A stretch of 31,774 nucleotides of DNA from an uncultured Candidatus Saccharibacteria bacterium (GCA_964467765.1 CAYXSS010000010.1:1-31774); one strand, 5' to 3'. Counted from the stretch's first letter, positions 17,987-27,138 are shown. Made by a program: numbers and translations. Notes: generated by a model from the letters alone, not told the origin.

Positions 17987-19516
17987 TTAGCGAGCGTACT
18001 CCACGGCTCTTATTTCTCGGATAACGTTAACTTTTATCTCTCCAGGATATTTTAACTCGGATTGTATCCTAGAAGCAATCTCCCGCGCCATTTCCAATGC
18101 CCGAAAATCGTCTACTTTCTCGGGTATGACAAATACGCGCAATTCCCTGCCGGCCGATATGGCGTAAGCGTTTTTCACGCCCGGGAAATCCATGGCTATT
18201 TTTTCCAGGTCGGCAAGCCGCTTGATGTAATTCTCAATCGTGCCGCGTCTTGCCCCCGGTCGCGCCGCGGATAAAACATCGACGGCCGTAACAACGTACG
18301 CTTCGGGGGTGGCATATGGATAATCCTCGTGGTGCGACTGCATTGCCTCTATGATTTTCTCGTCAATGCCATATTTTTTTAGGAGTTTTCTGCCTAATTC
18401 CACGTGCGTGCCCTCCACCTCGTGGTCGATTGCCTTACCGATGTCGTGCAGCAATGCTCCTTTTTTAGCAACCTCGACGTTAAGCCCTAGTTCGCCGGCA
18501 ATCATTCCTGCCAGGTGCGCCATCTCGATCGAATGCGTTAAAACATTCTGTCCGAAGCTCGTGCGAAAATGAAGCCGGCCCAAAAGCTGAACCAATTCTT
18601 TCGGCAATCCGTAGACACCTACTTCGTCAGCCGCAGCGGCGCCGATTTCCTCCATCCTTTTTTGCAGTTCGGATTTGGCTTCTTCGACTTTCTCTTCTAT
18701 TTTCGCGGGCTGAATCCTGCCGTCTTTAATTAATTTCTCGAGTGCCAGCTTGGCCACTTCGCGCCTGTAGGGGTCAAAGGAGGAAATAATAACTGCGTCC
18801 GGCGTTTCATCGATGACGAACTCCACCCCTGTCGCCCGCTCGAGAGCGCGGATATTCCTGCCTTCGCGGCCGATAATTTTTCCTTTTAATTCTTCGTCGG
18901 GCAGATGGAAAACCGTGGTTGTCAATTCCGAAACATGCGAGCGCGCATAGCGCTGCAGGGCGGTAGTAATGACATCGAGTGATTTTTTTTCCACCTGCTC
19001 TTTGTTTTCTTTATCCAACTTCTGAACGTAGGCTGCCAAATCTTCGCCCCGTTTTTCACGAATTTTCTCAAACAAGCGCTCTTTTGCTTCCGCTTCGCTT
19101 AGATGAGAAATTTTCTCCAGTTCTTTTTCATTCCTCTCTTCCCTTGCCAGCACTTCTTCTTCCTTCTCTTTTAATTTTTCTTCTTTTGTTTTCAGTTCCT
19201 TTATGTCCGCATGCAAAGCCGACATTTTTTTCTCAAATTCTTCTTCGCGGCGCAAAAGACGCGACTCCAGATTGTCGATTTCTTTTTTGCGCTCTTTCTC
19301 CTCTTTTTTGATGTCCGCCAAAACGGAAGCCGCCCGCTCTTCGGCGTCCAAAACTGTTTTTTTCGCTTTTGACTCTGCCTCTCCTAGTTCGCGCCTGATC
19401 CTATCCTCGATCGAACCAAGTTTTTTCGCCGCCCAAAACCTTCGCGCCAAAACCCCTGCGGCAAAGGCAATTGCCGCCAAAACCACGCCCAAAAATGGCG
19501 TTAATCCTCCTTGCAT
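17987..19516 (-). CDS. rny: Ribonuclease Y.
   Basis: N-terminal TM helix, long coiled-coil region, KH domain (IIGREGRNIRALERATGVEFVID) and HD domain (HSIEMAHLAGMIAGELGLNVEVAKKGALLHDIGKA). Confidence 0.9.
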   Translation of the reverse strand: MQGGLTPFLGVVLAAIAFAAGVLARRFWAAKKLGSIEDRIRRELGEAESKAKKTVLDAEERAASVLADIKKEEKERKKEIDNLESRLLRREEEFEKKMSALHADIKELKTKEEKLKEKEEEVLAREERNEKELEKISHLSEAEAKERLFEKIREKRGEDLAAYVQKLDKENKEQVEKKSLDVITTALQRYARSHVSELTTTVFHLPDEELKGKIIGREGRNIRALERATGVEFVIDETPDAVIISSFDPYRREVAKLALEKLIKDGRIQPAKIEEKVEEAKSELQKRMEEIGAAAADEVGVYGLPKELVQLLGRLHFRTSFGQNVLTHSIEMAHLAGMIAGELGLNVEVAKKGALLHDIGKAIDHEVEGTHVELGRKLLKKYGIDEKIIEAMQSHHEDYPYATPEAYVVTAVDVLSAARPGARRGTIENYIKRLADLEKIAMDFPGVKNAYAISAGRELRVFVIPEKVDDFRALEMAREIASRIQSELKYPGEIKVNVIREIRAVEYAR

Positions 19517-19723
19517 GTATTAAGATCCCTAAATTTTTCATTTGCTTGCCCGCCTAAGTTTCCTTTATGTAAGGAGGGTTGGGCGGGGAATTTTTTAGGA
19601 ATTGATGACTCTTTAAGTGGTTATACGCTCATTATATAAAAGTTTTGTTCGGCCGTCAATCCAGGCGCTTCGCCAATGCCGTTAAATGTATGCGCCGGCC
19701 GTCAAATGCCTTAAAATTGAAAT

Positions 19724-21253
19724 ATGCAAAAGCAAGTCGTACTTGTCGTTTTAGACGGCTGGGGCATCGGCCGCCGAGATGAATCGAATCCGATCCACGT
19801 GGTAAAGCCGGAAACTTTCAGCATGCTCGAAGAAAATTATCCGGTAACGAGCCTGCAGGCATCGGGAATTTCCGTGGGACTGCCATGGGGAGAGGTAGGC
19901 AACAGCGAAGTGGGGCATGTCACGCTCGGTGCGGGAAAAGTTCTCTACCAATACTACCCGAAAATCACTATGGCCATACGCGACGGAAGTTTTTTCCAAA
20001 ATCGGGCACTCTTGGCTGCCGCGGAACACGCTCGAAAAAACAATTCGGCCGTCAACCTGGTGGGACTCCTCTCTAAAGGCAACGTTCACGCCTCGCTCGA
20101 ACACCTCGAGGCGCTGATTAAATTGTTCCGCGAAGCCGGCGCGCCGCGAATAAACCTTCACTTTTTCGCCGACGGCAAGGACAGTCCGCCGAAAACGATC
20201 CGCGAATTCATCAAACAGATCCCACGCGACCTTGTCGGCACGATCGTCGGCCGCTATTACGCCATGGACCGCAACCAAAACTGGTCGCTTGTCGAAGGCG
20301 CCTACAACAATATGACAAAAGGCGAAGGGATAAAAACGGAGAATCTCGAGAGTATAATCGAAGCGACTTTCAAAAAAAATCTTACCGAAGAATATCTTCC
20401 CGCTGTCTGCCTTAATCAGGAAAAAATTATAAAAAATAACGATGCCGTTGTCTTTTTCAATTACCGCGAAGACAGCATTCGCGAGCTTGCCGAAGCTTTC
20501 ATTCTAGAAAATTTTGACAAGTTTCCGCGCCAAAAACTGGAAAATATATACTTCGTCACCATGACGCGCTATGAAGAAAAACTCCATGTTCCAGTCGCCT
20601 TCGAAGCCGACAAGGCCGAAATAACGCTTGGCGAGATCTTGAGTGGCGGCGAAAAAACGCAATTGCGAGTGGCCGAAACCTACAAATATGCCCACGTCAC
20701 ATTTTTCTTCAACGGCTACCGCGAAGAGCCGTATAAGAACGAATTCCGCGCCCTTATCCCGTCGCTACAGACCGCCCACCCCGAAGACAATCCGGAACTT
20801 CGCGCCCCTCTCATCACCGACCGCGTGCTTGAGGCGATGCAAGGCAAGTCGTTCGATTTCGTCTTGGCCAACTATTCCAATCCCGATACAATCGCGCACA
20901 CGGCAAGCTACGACGCAAGCATCGAAGCGGTAAAAGTCATCGACAGGGAAATCGGCAGGCTCGTTAAGTCCGTTTCGCCGGAAACGGCCCTTATTATTAC
21001 CTCCGACCACGGCAACGTCGAAGAAGTCTTGAATCCTATGACAGCCATGCCCGAGAGCCAGCACGACGCCAACCCCGTACCTTTTTACCTTGTCGCTCCC
21101 GAATTCAAAAACAAAAAATTCATCAATTGGCGGAACATCGCAAACGAAACACTGGGATCGCTTGCCGACGTTGCCCCGACGATACTTGAACTCATGCAAA
21201 TAAAAAAACCGGAAACCATGACCGGCAGGAGTCTGCTCGAAGGAGTGATATAA
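19724..21253 (+). CDS. gpmI: 2,3-bisphosphoglycerate-independent phosphoglycerate mutase.
   Basis: 509 aa. Metalloenzyme N-terminus VVLVVLDGWGIG, and full-length iPGM-like sequence including the catalytic-Ser region. Confidence 0.9.
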   Translation: MQKQVVLVVLDGWGIGRRDESNPIHVVKPETFSMLEENYPVTSLQASGISVGLPWGEVGNSEVGHVTLGAGKVLYQYYPKITMAIRDGSFFQNRALLAAAEHARKNNSAVNLVGLLSKGNVHASLEHLEALIKLFREAGAPRINLHFFADGKDSPPKTIREFIKQIPRDLVGTIVGRYYAMDRNQNWSLVEGAYNNMTKGEGIKTENLESIIEATFKKNLTEEYLPAVCLNQEKIIKNNDAVVFFNYREDSIRELAEAFILENFDKFPRQKLENIYFVTMTRYEEKLHVPVAFEADKAEITLGEILSGGEKTQLRVAETYKYAHVTFFFNGYREEPYKNEFRALIPSLQTAHPEDNPELRAPLITDRVLEAMQGKSFDFVLANYSNPDTIAHTASYDASIEAVKVIDREIGRLVKSVSPETALIITSDHGNVEEVLNPMTAMPESQHDANPVPFYLVAPEFKNKKFINWRNIANETLGSLADVAPTILELMQIKKPETMTGRSLLEGVI

Positions 21254-21370
21254 AATTTCAAGCGCTCGAATTTGCCGGCGCGGTAAATTCAGTTGATATT
21301 TTCGGCGTTCGGATTGTGCCATGAACGTAAGTCATTGCAAAACAATTTTTGTTTTGCAATAATACAGTCA

Positions 21371-21560
21371 GCTCCCTTGGCAAATCCAAACCCCGAGAGA
21401 AATCGAAGGGCTGCCGAGGCGGACGGAGAAAAAAGGCTAGGGGCCGCAAACCCCGAAAACTCCGGCCGCAAGCTCGGAGCGCCTTGGGCCGCAAGTCCCG
21501 AAACCGTCTGGCTTACGCAAACGCGGGCCAAACTGCCGCTCGCGGCGCAACCGCGCACGG
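21371..21560 (+). repeat. GC-rich leader with degenerate direct repeats (GGCCGCAA[A/G][C/T]CCCGAAAAC at 21432-21450 and 21477-21494, plus a partial copy at 21371-21395), upstream of a strong RBS.
   Basis: Seen directly. Composition is atypical for the locus. Followed by AAGGAGG and the ATG at 21582. Confidence 0.35.
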
Positions 21561-21581
21561 CGGAAAAAAGGAGGGGCAATA

Positions 21582-22316
21582 ATGAAATTTACGATCTACC
21601 CTTCATCTCCGAAACGGGCGGCAATCGCCCATCGCGCAAGTTGCTTTGTTTTTGGCGCCGGGAGTTTTATTTCTTTATTATTTGTATCATTATTTGCATC
21701 CTATTCCGATTCATATGGCAACCATCATGCAATACGTAATATCTTTGTAACTTCTTTTCTTCTTAGTATTTTCGGCGCCCTTATCGCAGGACTAGCAAGC
21801 CTCTTCAACCTTGAGTCCTTTTTGGCACTACACTCATCCGACATCTTCCGCTGGCGGCGCCTCACTGGCAAAAAAATGGATTCCTTCCCGGAGAACTCCG
21901 TGGAGTGTCTGGCCTACAGAAACGATTACCTGCTTCCGGAGCTTGAAAGAAGAGCTAAAAATGCGAGTTTTTGGTTTAAAGAGCGCGACAGGGCACAAAA
22001 CCGATTGGACCATCTATTGAACAATAAGCCGCAATACACGATTGAAACGAAAATTACGGATAAAATCGATATTGAAGAATTCCGCAAAAAATATGCCGAC
22101 GAAATTAAGAGAAAAGAAAAAGACGTAAATATGTGCATGTGCATAGTAAATGATTTTTCGGCAAATGCGAAGCGGGCGCAAAAGAAATTTCTCGCCTGGT
22201 GGGACATGGTAAAAACACTCGGAGAAATTTATGTAATAGACATGCTGCCTGACGATCCTGAAACGGAAAAAATGTATGATGACCCGAACAAATACCGCCT
22301 CGATCTGGAAAAATAA
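21582..22316 (+). CDS. Hypothetical membrane protein, 244 aa, first of a tandem paralog pair.
   Basis: Two or three N-terminal TM helices, then a charged domain. The segment GKKMDSFPENSVECLAYRNDYLLPELERRAKNA aligns with GKSLDFFPQDANKFAAHKKIYLLKELEKRKREA in the next gene. Confidence 0.55.
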   Translation: MKFTIYPSSPKRAAIAHRASCFVFGAGSFISLLFVSLFASYSDSYGNHHAIRNIFVTSFLLSIFGALIAGLASLFNLESFLALHSSDIFRWRRLTGKKMDSFPENSVECLAYRNDYLLPELERRAKNASFWFKERDRAQNRLDHLLNNKPQYTIETKITDKIDIEEFRKKYADEIKRKEKDVNMCMCIVNDFSANAKRAQKKFLAWWDMVKTLGEIYVIDMLPDDPETEKMYDDPNKYRLDLEK

Positions 22317-22367
22317 AAACCGCAAGATAGAAACGAAATCATCAATGACATCATCGGCAACGTGGTT

Positions 22368-22396
22368 TAAATTGCAACGGCTGCGCAAATGCGCGG
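22368..22396 (+). terminator. Rho-independent terminator: CGGCTGCGC-AAAT-GCGCGGCCG followed by TTTTTTGTT.
   Basis: 9-bp stem (one G·U pair) plus a T-run, between the two paralogs. Confidence 0.65.
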
Positions 22397-22445
22397 CCGT
22401 TTTTTGTTACAATCAAACCAGAAGACTCGAAAACGCGAGGTGAAA

Positions 22446-22937
22446 ATGCGTCTTAAAGCCGTCCTTTGGGCGCACAGGATTTTCGTTGCCTGTTTCTGCG
22501 CGTCACTCCTTGCGGTAATCGCCGCCATACTTTTTTCTCCGATAAAAATTTTCGCGTTTAATCTTGCTCTATCCTTCCTTGCGCTCGGGGCAAGTTTTGC
22601 CGGTGTCTTAATCTCCGAAAAACGCGGCGCCTGGATCGCCAAAGAATGGATTAAAGTAACCGGAAAATCTCTCGACTTCTTCCCGCAAGATGCAAATAAA
22701 TTCGCCGCCCACAAAAAAATTTATTTGCTTAAAGAACTGGAGAAGCGCAAAAGAGAAGCGGAATGTGCCGCGAAAAAACCGCAAAATCCCGATTCCGCTG
22801 CAGGCAAAAAATTTTTAAGCGGCGCCTCGGATGCCGAGATGGCGCGTAAGCGGTACGAAGAGTGGCTTGCCCTCGTCGAAGACCTGGAAAAATATTTTTC
22901 TGGAAACAAAAAAACCTCGCTATTGGCGAGGTTTTAA
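22446..22937 (+). CDS. Hypothetical membrane protein, paralog of 21582-22316.
   Basis: ATG at 22446 preceded by GAGGTG. TM N-terminus plus a homologous charged domain. Confidence 0.5.
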   Translation: MRLKAVLWAHRIFVACFCASLLAVIAAILFSPIKIFAFNLALSFLALGASFAGVLISEKRGAWIAKEWIKVTGKSLDFFPQDANKFAAHKKIYLLKELEKRKREAECAAKKPQNPDSAAGKKFLSGASDAEMARKRYEEWLALVEDLEKYFSGNKKTSLLARF

Positions 22938-22950
22938 GCTTTTTTTATTT
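22914..22950 (+). terminator. Terminator hairpin AACCTCGC-TATTG-GCGAGGTT plus a T-run, overlapping the stop codon.
   Basis: 8-bp stem followed by TTAAGCTTTTTTTATTTT. Confidence 0.5.
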
Positions 22951-23056
22951 TCCGATCAATCCGAAACTTTCCGTTTTTGAGAAGCTATCGGTTGTAATAA
23001 TTTATATTTCCAGCCAGCGGAGGTTTCCTTTTTACGAGAAGCTCTCGGAGCGCTCT

Positions 23057-23065
23057 TGTTATAAT
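23057..23065 (+). promoter_or_regulatory. Extended -10 element (TGTTATAAT), 7 nt upstream of the holin-like gene ATG.
   Basis: Seen directly. Its closeness to the ATG implies a leaderless or very short-leader mRNA. Confidence 0.4.
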
Positions 23066-23071
23066 CAAAGC

Positions 23072-23425
23072 ATGAGGTTCCTGGCTAAATTGGTTCTTAT
23101 TGTCGGCGCCAACACCGCCGCCATTTGGGCCGCAGGAAAATATATTGACGGGTTTCACATTGCGGGCAATCTCTATGAGATCGCTTCCATTGCGGTCATA
23201 CTCATAGCGCTCAATTTTTTCCTCAAACCCCTGCTTAAAATGGTTCTGGGGCCGATTATAGTGCTTACTCTCGGACTCGGACTGATTTTGGTAAATGCCA
23301 TCGTGCTTTACGTACTCGACCTGTTCTCCAAAAACCTCGCGATCGACGGCGTCCGTCCTCTTTTTTATGCGACAATTTTGATCTCGGCAGTAAATTTCGT
23401 GGTACACCTCGCAACAAAAAAATAA
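23072..23425 (+). CDS. Holin-family-4/DUF360 (YvlD-like) four-helix small membrane protein.
   Basis: 117 aa. Pattern MRFLAKLVLIVGANTAAIWAAGKYIDGFHI…GPIIVLTLGLGLILVNAIVLYVLD typical of the 'phage holin family 4'/mycobacterial 4TM family. Start taken at the internal ATG 23072. Confidence 0.6.
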   Translation: MRFLAKLVLIVGANTAAIWAAGKYIDGFHIAGNLYEIASIAVILIALNFFLKPLLKMVLGPIIVLTLGLGLILVNAIVLYVLDLFSKNLAIDGVRPLFYATILISAVNFVVHLATKK

Positions 23426-23426
23426 T

Positions 23427-24719
23427 ATGAAAGGGTTTTCTAAAAGACAGCTTGTTATGATCGGGGTCGGTATTTTCGCGCTTCTTGTCGCCGGCATCAT
23501 CGTAGCTTTCAACCTGCGCCAAGGCATCGGTCCGCAAGTAACGCTGACGGTTTGGGGAACAGACGACCCAAGCGTCTGGGACGGAACAATCCAAGGATAT
23601 AAACTTGTACGCCGCAACGCGGAAGTTGACTACAGAAAAATAGATGCGGGAAATTACAGATCCGAGCTCCTCGACGCTCTGGCCTCCGGCAAAGGTCCGG
23701 ATATTTTCTTTATCGGCAACCGCGATCTTTGGGCCGACAAAGAAAAAATCGCCACCTCGAGCCCGTCCCAATTCGGCCTCTCGGCCTTGCGCCAGTTTTT
23801 TCCAACGGTTGTCGAGCAAGATTTCACGATTGACGGACAAGTTTTTGCCTTGCCGCTCTATATCGACACCATGGCCATGCTTGTGAACCGCGACCTTTTC
23901 GACCAGGCGGGCATAGCGACAATTCCAACAAGCTGGGAGGAGTTTCTTCGCGACATTCCCAAACTCCGCAGTATCAGTTCCGAAAACCAAATTTTAAGGG
24001 CGGCCGCGGCTATCGGAGGGTCGGAGGCTACGGTTGACGCAGGCACGGATCTCTTGCAGCTACTTTTAATGCAAAACGGCGCAAAAATGAACGACGAAAG
24101 CAAAGCTTCTGCCAGTTTCGCTTCGGAATCGGGATATGCCGGCTTCCGAGCCTTCGATTTCTATCTGCAATTCGCCAATGCCGGCTCGCCTTATTTCACC
24201 TGGAACGACGGGCAGCGGAATTCCGTTGAAGCTTTCGCCGGCGGTAAAATTGCGGCGATTTTCGACTATGCATCCGCGCTTGCTAGAATTAAAAAGATCG
24301 GTCCGTTCCTGAATGTCCGCGCAGCGCAGATGCTCCAGCCGCTGGGTGCAAGCCAAGCAGTGAATTTCGCCCGTTACGAAGGACTTGCCGTCTCACGGCA
24401 AAGCAGAATTCCGGGGTGGGCATGGGACTTCGTGACTTTTGCCGCGACAGACCAGTCCGCCGCCAAATCATATTCCGATGCCACCTCCCGCCCGCCAGCG
24501 CTTCTTTCTTTAATATCGAGAAAATCCGGCGATCCAGATCTCGAAGTTTTCGCGGGGCAGGCTCTCACCGCACGCTCGTGGGTCGTACCGTCCGATGCCG
24601 GCGTGCGCGACATTCTAAACCGCGCCATCCAAGACACGCTCGGCGGCAAAACCGATTCGCCGACGGCTCTAAGCCAAGCCGAGGGACAAATCAATCAATT
24701 GTTTATAAAAAATAGGTGA
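23427..24719 (+). CDS. Extracellular solute-binding protein (ABC family-1-like), orphan: no permease or ATPase genes adjacent.
   Basis: 430 aa. N-terminal TM anchor, then TLTVWGTDDPSVWDGTIQGYK… with SBP-like length and composition. Start 2 nt after the holin-like stop; its end overlaps pilin P1. Confidence 0.7.
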   Translation: MKGFSKRQLVMIGVGIFALLVAGIIVAFNLRQGIGPQVTLTVWGTDDPSVWDGTIQGYKLVRRNAEVDYRKIDAGNYRSELLDALASGKGPDIFFIGNRDLWADKEKIATSSPSQFGLSALRQFFPTVVEQDFTIDGQVFALPLYIDTMAMLVNRDLFDQAGIATIPTSWEEFLRDIPKLRSISSENQILRAAAAIGGSEATVDAGTDLLQLLLMQNGAKMNDESKASASFASESGYAGFRAFDFYLQFANAGSPYFTWNDGQRNSVEAFAGGKIAAIFDYASALARIKKIGPFLNVRAAQMLQPLGASQAVNFARYEGLAVSRQSRIPGWAWDFVTFAATDQSAAKSYSDATSRPPALLSLISRKSGDPDLEVFAGQALTARSWVVPSDAGVRDILNRAIQDTLGGKTDSPTALSQAEGQINQLFIKNR

Positions 24720-25258
24720 GGAAATTGAACTCAAGATTTATGACACAAGATTCAGGATTCAAGGTTATTATTTTGATTTTAGCTCTGGCGGCGGGAGTTT
24801 TATTGATTTTGCCGCAAAAAAGTTTCGCATTAACAACCACTGGTTGTGATGTCGGCGAAGCCACCAGCATCCCTTTTTGGGGACCGTTTGTTTCTTGCAG
24901 TGGCCCGCAATACATCAACTGCGACTCTTCTGGTAAGTGTCAGGAAAACCGCTGCGCCTGCAAACCGTTCGACCAGGGCGGCAAGGCACAGTTAATACAG
25001 ACTTTCATCAACGTCGTCTATTTCGGCATGACCGTCGCCCTTTTCGTCCTTGCGCCCATCCTTTTCGCCTGGGGAGGAATACTTATCATGATCGGGGCGT
25101 CGAGCATCGAAGAAATCGGCGGCAAAAAAGCGAGCATCAGCAAAGGCAGGTCCGTCATCACCGGCACCTTCGTCGGCGTTTTAATCGTCCTTGTCGCCTA
25201 CGTGCTCGTGAAAACTTTCATAAACGTCCTCGGCATCGGCGGCGTGGGAGGGTTTTAG
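24716..25258 (+). CDS. T4SS-type (TrbC/VirB2-like) pilin paralog P1 with an N-terminal Cys-rich insert.
   Basis: 180 aa. Signal/TM segment, 7 Cys in the following ~45 aa, then the two-helix pilin core (FINVVYFGMTVALFVLAPILFAWGGILIMIGASS … TGTFVGVLIVLVAYVLVKTFINVLG). 4-nt overlap with the SBP gene. Confidence 0.6.
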   Translation: MRKLNSRFMTQDSGFKVIILILALAAGVLLILPQKSFALTTTGCDVGEATSIPFWGPFVSCSGPQYINCDSSGKCQENRCACKPFDQGGKAQLIQTFINVVYFGMTVALFVLAPILFAWGGILIMIGASSIEEIGGKKASISKGRSVITGTFVGVLIVLVAYVLVKTFINVLGIGGVGGF

Positions 25259-25377
25259 AAAATTTCATCACAAGACAAATGACAACGGCCACAAACCAAC
25301 GACGCGCAAGTGTTTTGCGGGAACTTGCGGAGCGCGGCGGCGCGAGCGTGAGGAATTTTTCAGTAAGAAAAATATCC

Positions 25378-26238
25378 GTGCCCCGAAAAATATTTGCGCG
25401 TCGCGGTATATTCATAAAACTTTTACCGGCAACGATTCTTTTCTCTCTGCCGGCGCTCGCCCTGGCGCAACAGCCGGAAAGCCCCGTCTCCTACGTGCAA
25501 AGTTTTTATAATTTCGCCTTGGCCATCGGCGGCATTTTGGCTTTCGGCGCGATAGTCTACGGAGGCGTAATTTATACTTTCGCCGCGGGAAATCCCTCAA
25601 AGCAAGATGAAGGAAAAAAATGGATCTGGGGCGCGCTTTTGGGCCTCCTCCTTCTTGCCGGAGCATATCTGGTTCTCTACACAATCAACCCCAAGCTTGT
25701 GGAACTTTCTCTTACTGGACTGCCTGGTCTTCCACCGGGTGGGGGCGGCGGAACGGGACAAGATATAAAACTTACGAATTGCACATCGAAGGCGCCTTCC
25801 TACGAAACGGGGTATGCAAATACGTCCGGCATGGTAAGTCCCGGTGTGGCCGCTATCGAAAGCTGTGTCAGAAATAATTCCAAATTTAGCGGCATCGGCA
25901 ACATTACAACTTGGCAGGGCGAACACACCTGTAATGCCGTATCCGGTTCCTCAAATTACGGCTCGGAGTCTTGTCATTTTGGGGGAAAATTCTGCGGGGA
26001 CGGATCTCACGCCATCGATTTCGGCAAAAATGGCCTGCCTGCCGGCGCCACTCTTAAGGATGTATACGACTATGCCAGTAACAAAAATGGCCAGTGCGGC
26101 CCGCATTCGGTACAATGCTTTTACGAAATAGGAGATTACAGACTGCCCGATCAAAGCAATCCGGGTAACGCCGATCACGTTCACTGCAATGTTGATACGG
26201 ACGGCACCAATGAACCGCAAGGATGCGGCTGTAAGTGA
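25378..26238 (+). CDS. T4SS-type pilin paralog P2 with a ~190-aa C-terminal Cys/His-rich extracellular domain. Start uncertain: GTG 25378, or ATG 25279 giving a long leader.
   Basis: Signal peptide KLLPATILFSLPALALAQQ. Pilin core FYNFALAIGGILAFGAIVYGGVIYTFAAGNPSKQDEGKKWIWGALLGLLLLAGAYLVLYTINPKLV. C-terminal domain with more than 12 Cys, ending GCGCK. Confidence 0.65.
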   Translation: MPRKIFARRGIFIKLLPATILFSLPALALAQQPESPVSYVQSFYNFALAIGGILAFGAIVYGGVIYTFAAGNPSKQDEGKKWIWGALLGLLLLAGAYLVLYTINPKLVELSLTGLPGLPPGGGGGTGQDIKLTNCTSKAPSYETGYANTSGMVSPGVAAIESCVRNNSKFSGIGNITTWQGEHTCNAVSGSSNYGSESCHFGGKFCGDGSHAIDFGKNGLPAGATLKDVYDYASNKNGQCGPHSVQCFYEIGDYRLPDQSNPGNADHVHCNVDTDGTNEPQGCGCK

Positions 26239-26284
26239 CGGCATTTGCAAAATCATTTGGCAAATAGTTCAATTATAAAAACGT

Positions 26285-26656
26285 ATGAGAAACAAATTAT
26301 TTTCAATTTTGTCGTTCGCGTTTGCGTTTCCGTTCGCAAGTATTGAACGGGCCTTGGCGCAAGGACAAGCCGGCGACGCGGGCAGCGTGCCCAAGCTTAC
26401 CAATCCCCTCTGCGGCGGCAATCCCAATTGCACCTTGGCCGACATAGCCGACAAAATCATCACGTTTCTTTTTGACGTTTCCCTTCCCATTGTTTCCATT
26501 ATGGTTTTAATCGGCGGTTTTCAAATGCTCACGGCCGGCGGCAACGCGGAAAAATTCGGCGCGGGCAAAAAAACGGTTGCCTACGCGGCGATCGGCTTTG
26601 CCGTTATAAGCGTCGCTCGCGGCATCACTTCCATTATCAAAAGTATCACCGGCTAA
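26285..26656 (+). CDS. T4SS-type pilin paralog P3.
   Basis: 123 aa. Signal peptide, short Cys pair, then core SLPIVSIMVLIGGFQMLTAGGNAEKFGAGKKTVAYAAIGFAVISVARGITSII. Confidence 0.7.
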   Translation: MRNKLFSILSFAFAFPFASIERALAQGQAGDAGSVPKLTNPLCGGNPNCTLADIADKIITFLFDVSLPIVSIMVLIGGFQMLTAGGNAEKFGAGKKTVAYAAIGFAVISVARGITSIIKSITG

Positions 26657-26676
26657 ATAATGAAACCGTTTTTTCT

Positions 26677-26705
26677 TGAAGAAAAATGGGGGTTTTGCTA
26701 TAATA
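26677..26705 (+). promoter_or_regulatory. Promoter TTGAAG, 17-nt spacer, extended TGCTATAAT, for pilin P4.
   Basis: Seen directly, about 55 nt upstream of the ATG at 26764. Confidence 0.5.
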
Positions 26706-26763
26706 AAACGTAAGATTCAAGCAATCGAAAAGGTCGAGGTTTTTAGAAATAGGTTTTCGATAA

Positions 26764-27138
26764 ATGAAACAAGCACTAAAAATCGCGGCGGCCTCCGGCT
26801 CAATCGCTCTTGTGTCCCTTGTCCCCTTCTTTGCTTTCGCGCAGGTTAACATCAATCCTGTTCCGCCTCCGCCATACCAAGGACCATCCGGCCTGCAGCA
26901 GGTAAGCGGATGGCTGAACTTATTGCGGGCAATTCTTACATGGGTGGCCATCGCTTTCTGGATTTTCGCAACAATCTTCATCATCCTCGCCGCTTTCAGC
27001 TACCTTACGGCCGCGGGAGATCCGGAAAAGGTAAAAGGCGCCTCGAGCAAGCTGCTTTATGCCGTCATCGCCATCGCCATCGGGCTTTTGGCCTACGGCA
27101 TTCCGGCTATCGTCCAGAGCTTTTTACAAAGGCAGTAA
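26764..27138 (+). CDS. T4SS-type pilin paralog P4.
   Basis: 124 aa. Signal peptide, Pro-rich linker, then core WIAIAFWIFATIFIILAAFSYLTAAGDPEKVKGASSKLLYAVIAIAIGLLAYGIPAIVQSF. Closely similar to P5. Confidence 0.7.
   Translation: MKQALKIAAASGSIALVSLVPFFAFAQVNINPVPPPPYQGPSGLQQVSGWLNLLRAILTWVAIAFWIFATIFIILAAFSYLTAAGDPEKVKGASSKLLYAVIAIAIGLLAYGIPAIVQSFLQRQ

Noticed and set aside
21349-21582. 77-aa Arg/Lys-rich ORF across the GC-rich leader upstream of 21582.
   Set aside because: Composition artefact of the GC-rich repeat region. No RBS and no plausible function. Treated as a non-coding leader.
24937-25377. Long N-terminal extension of the pilin P2 ORF (433-aa track ORF beginning at 24937).
   Set aside because: The first ~110 codons overlap the P1 gene in another frame and translate to an Arg/His/Pro-rich sequence. 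The plausible start is GTG 25378, before the signal peptide, or at most ATG 25279, which would give a long leader.
25960-26238. Possible M23/LytM zinc-peptidase motifs in the P2 C-terminal domain (SHAID … DHVHC).
   Set aside because: The spacing is H-x2-D rather than the H-x3-D of M23, and the surrounding sequence does not resemble the LytM fold signature. Kept only as an unexplained Cys/His-rich domain.
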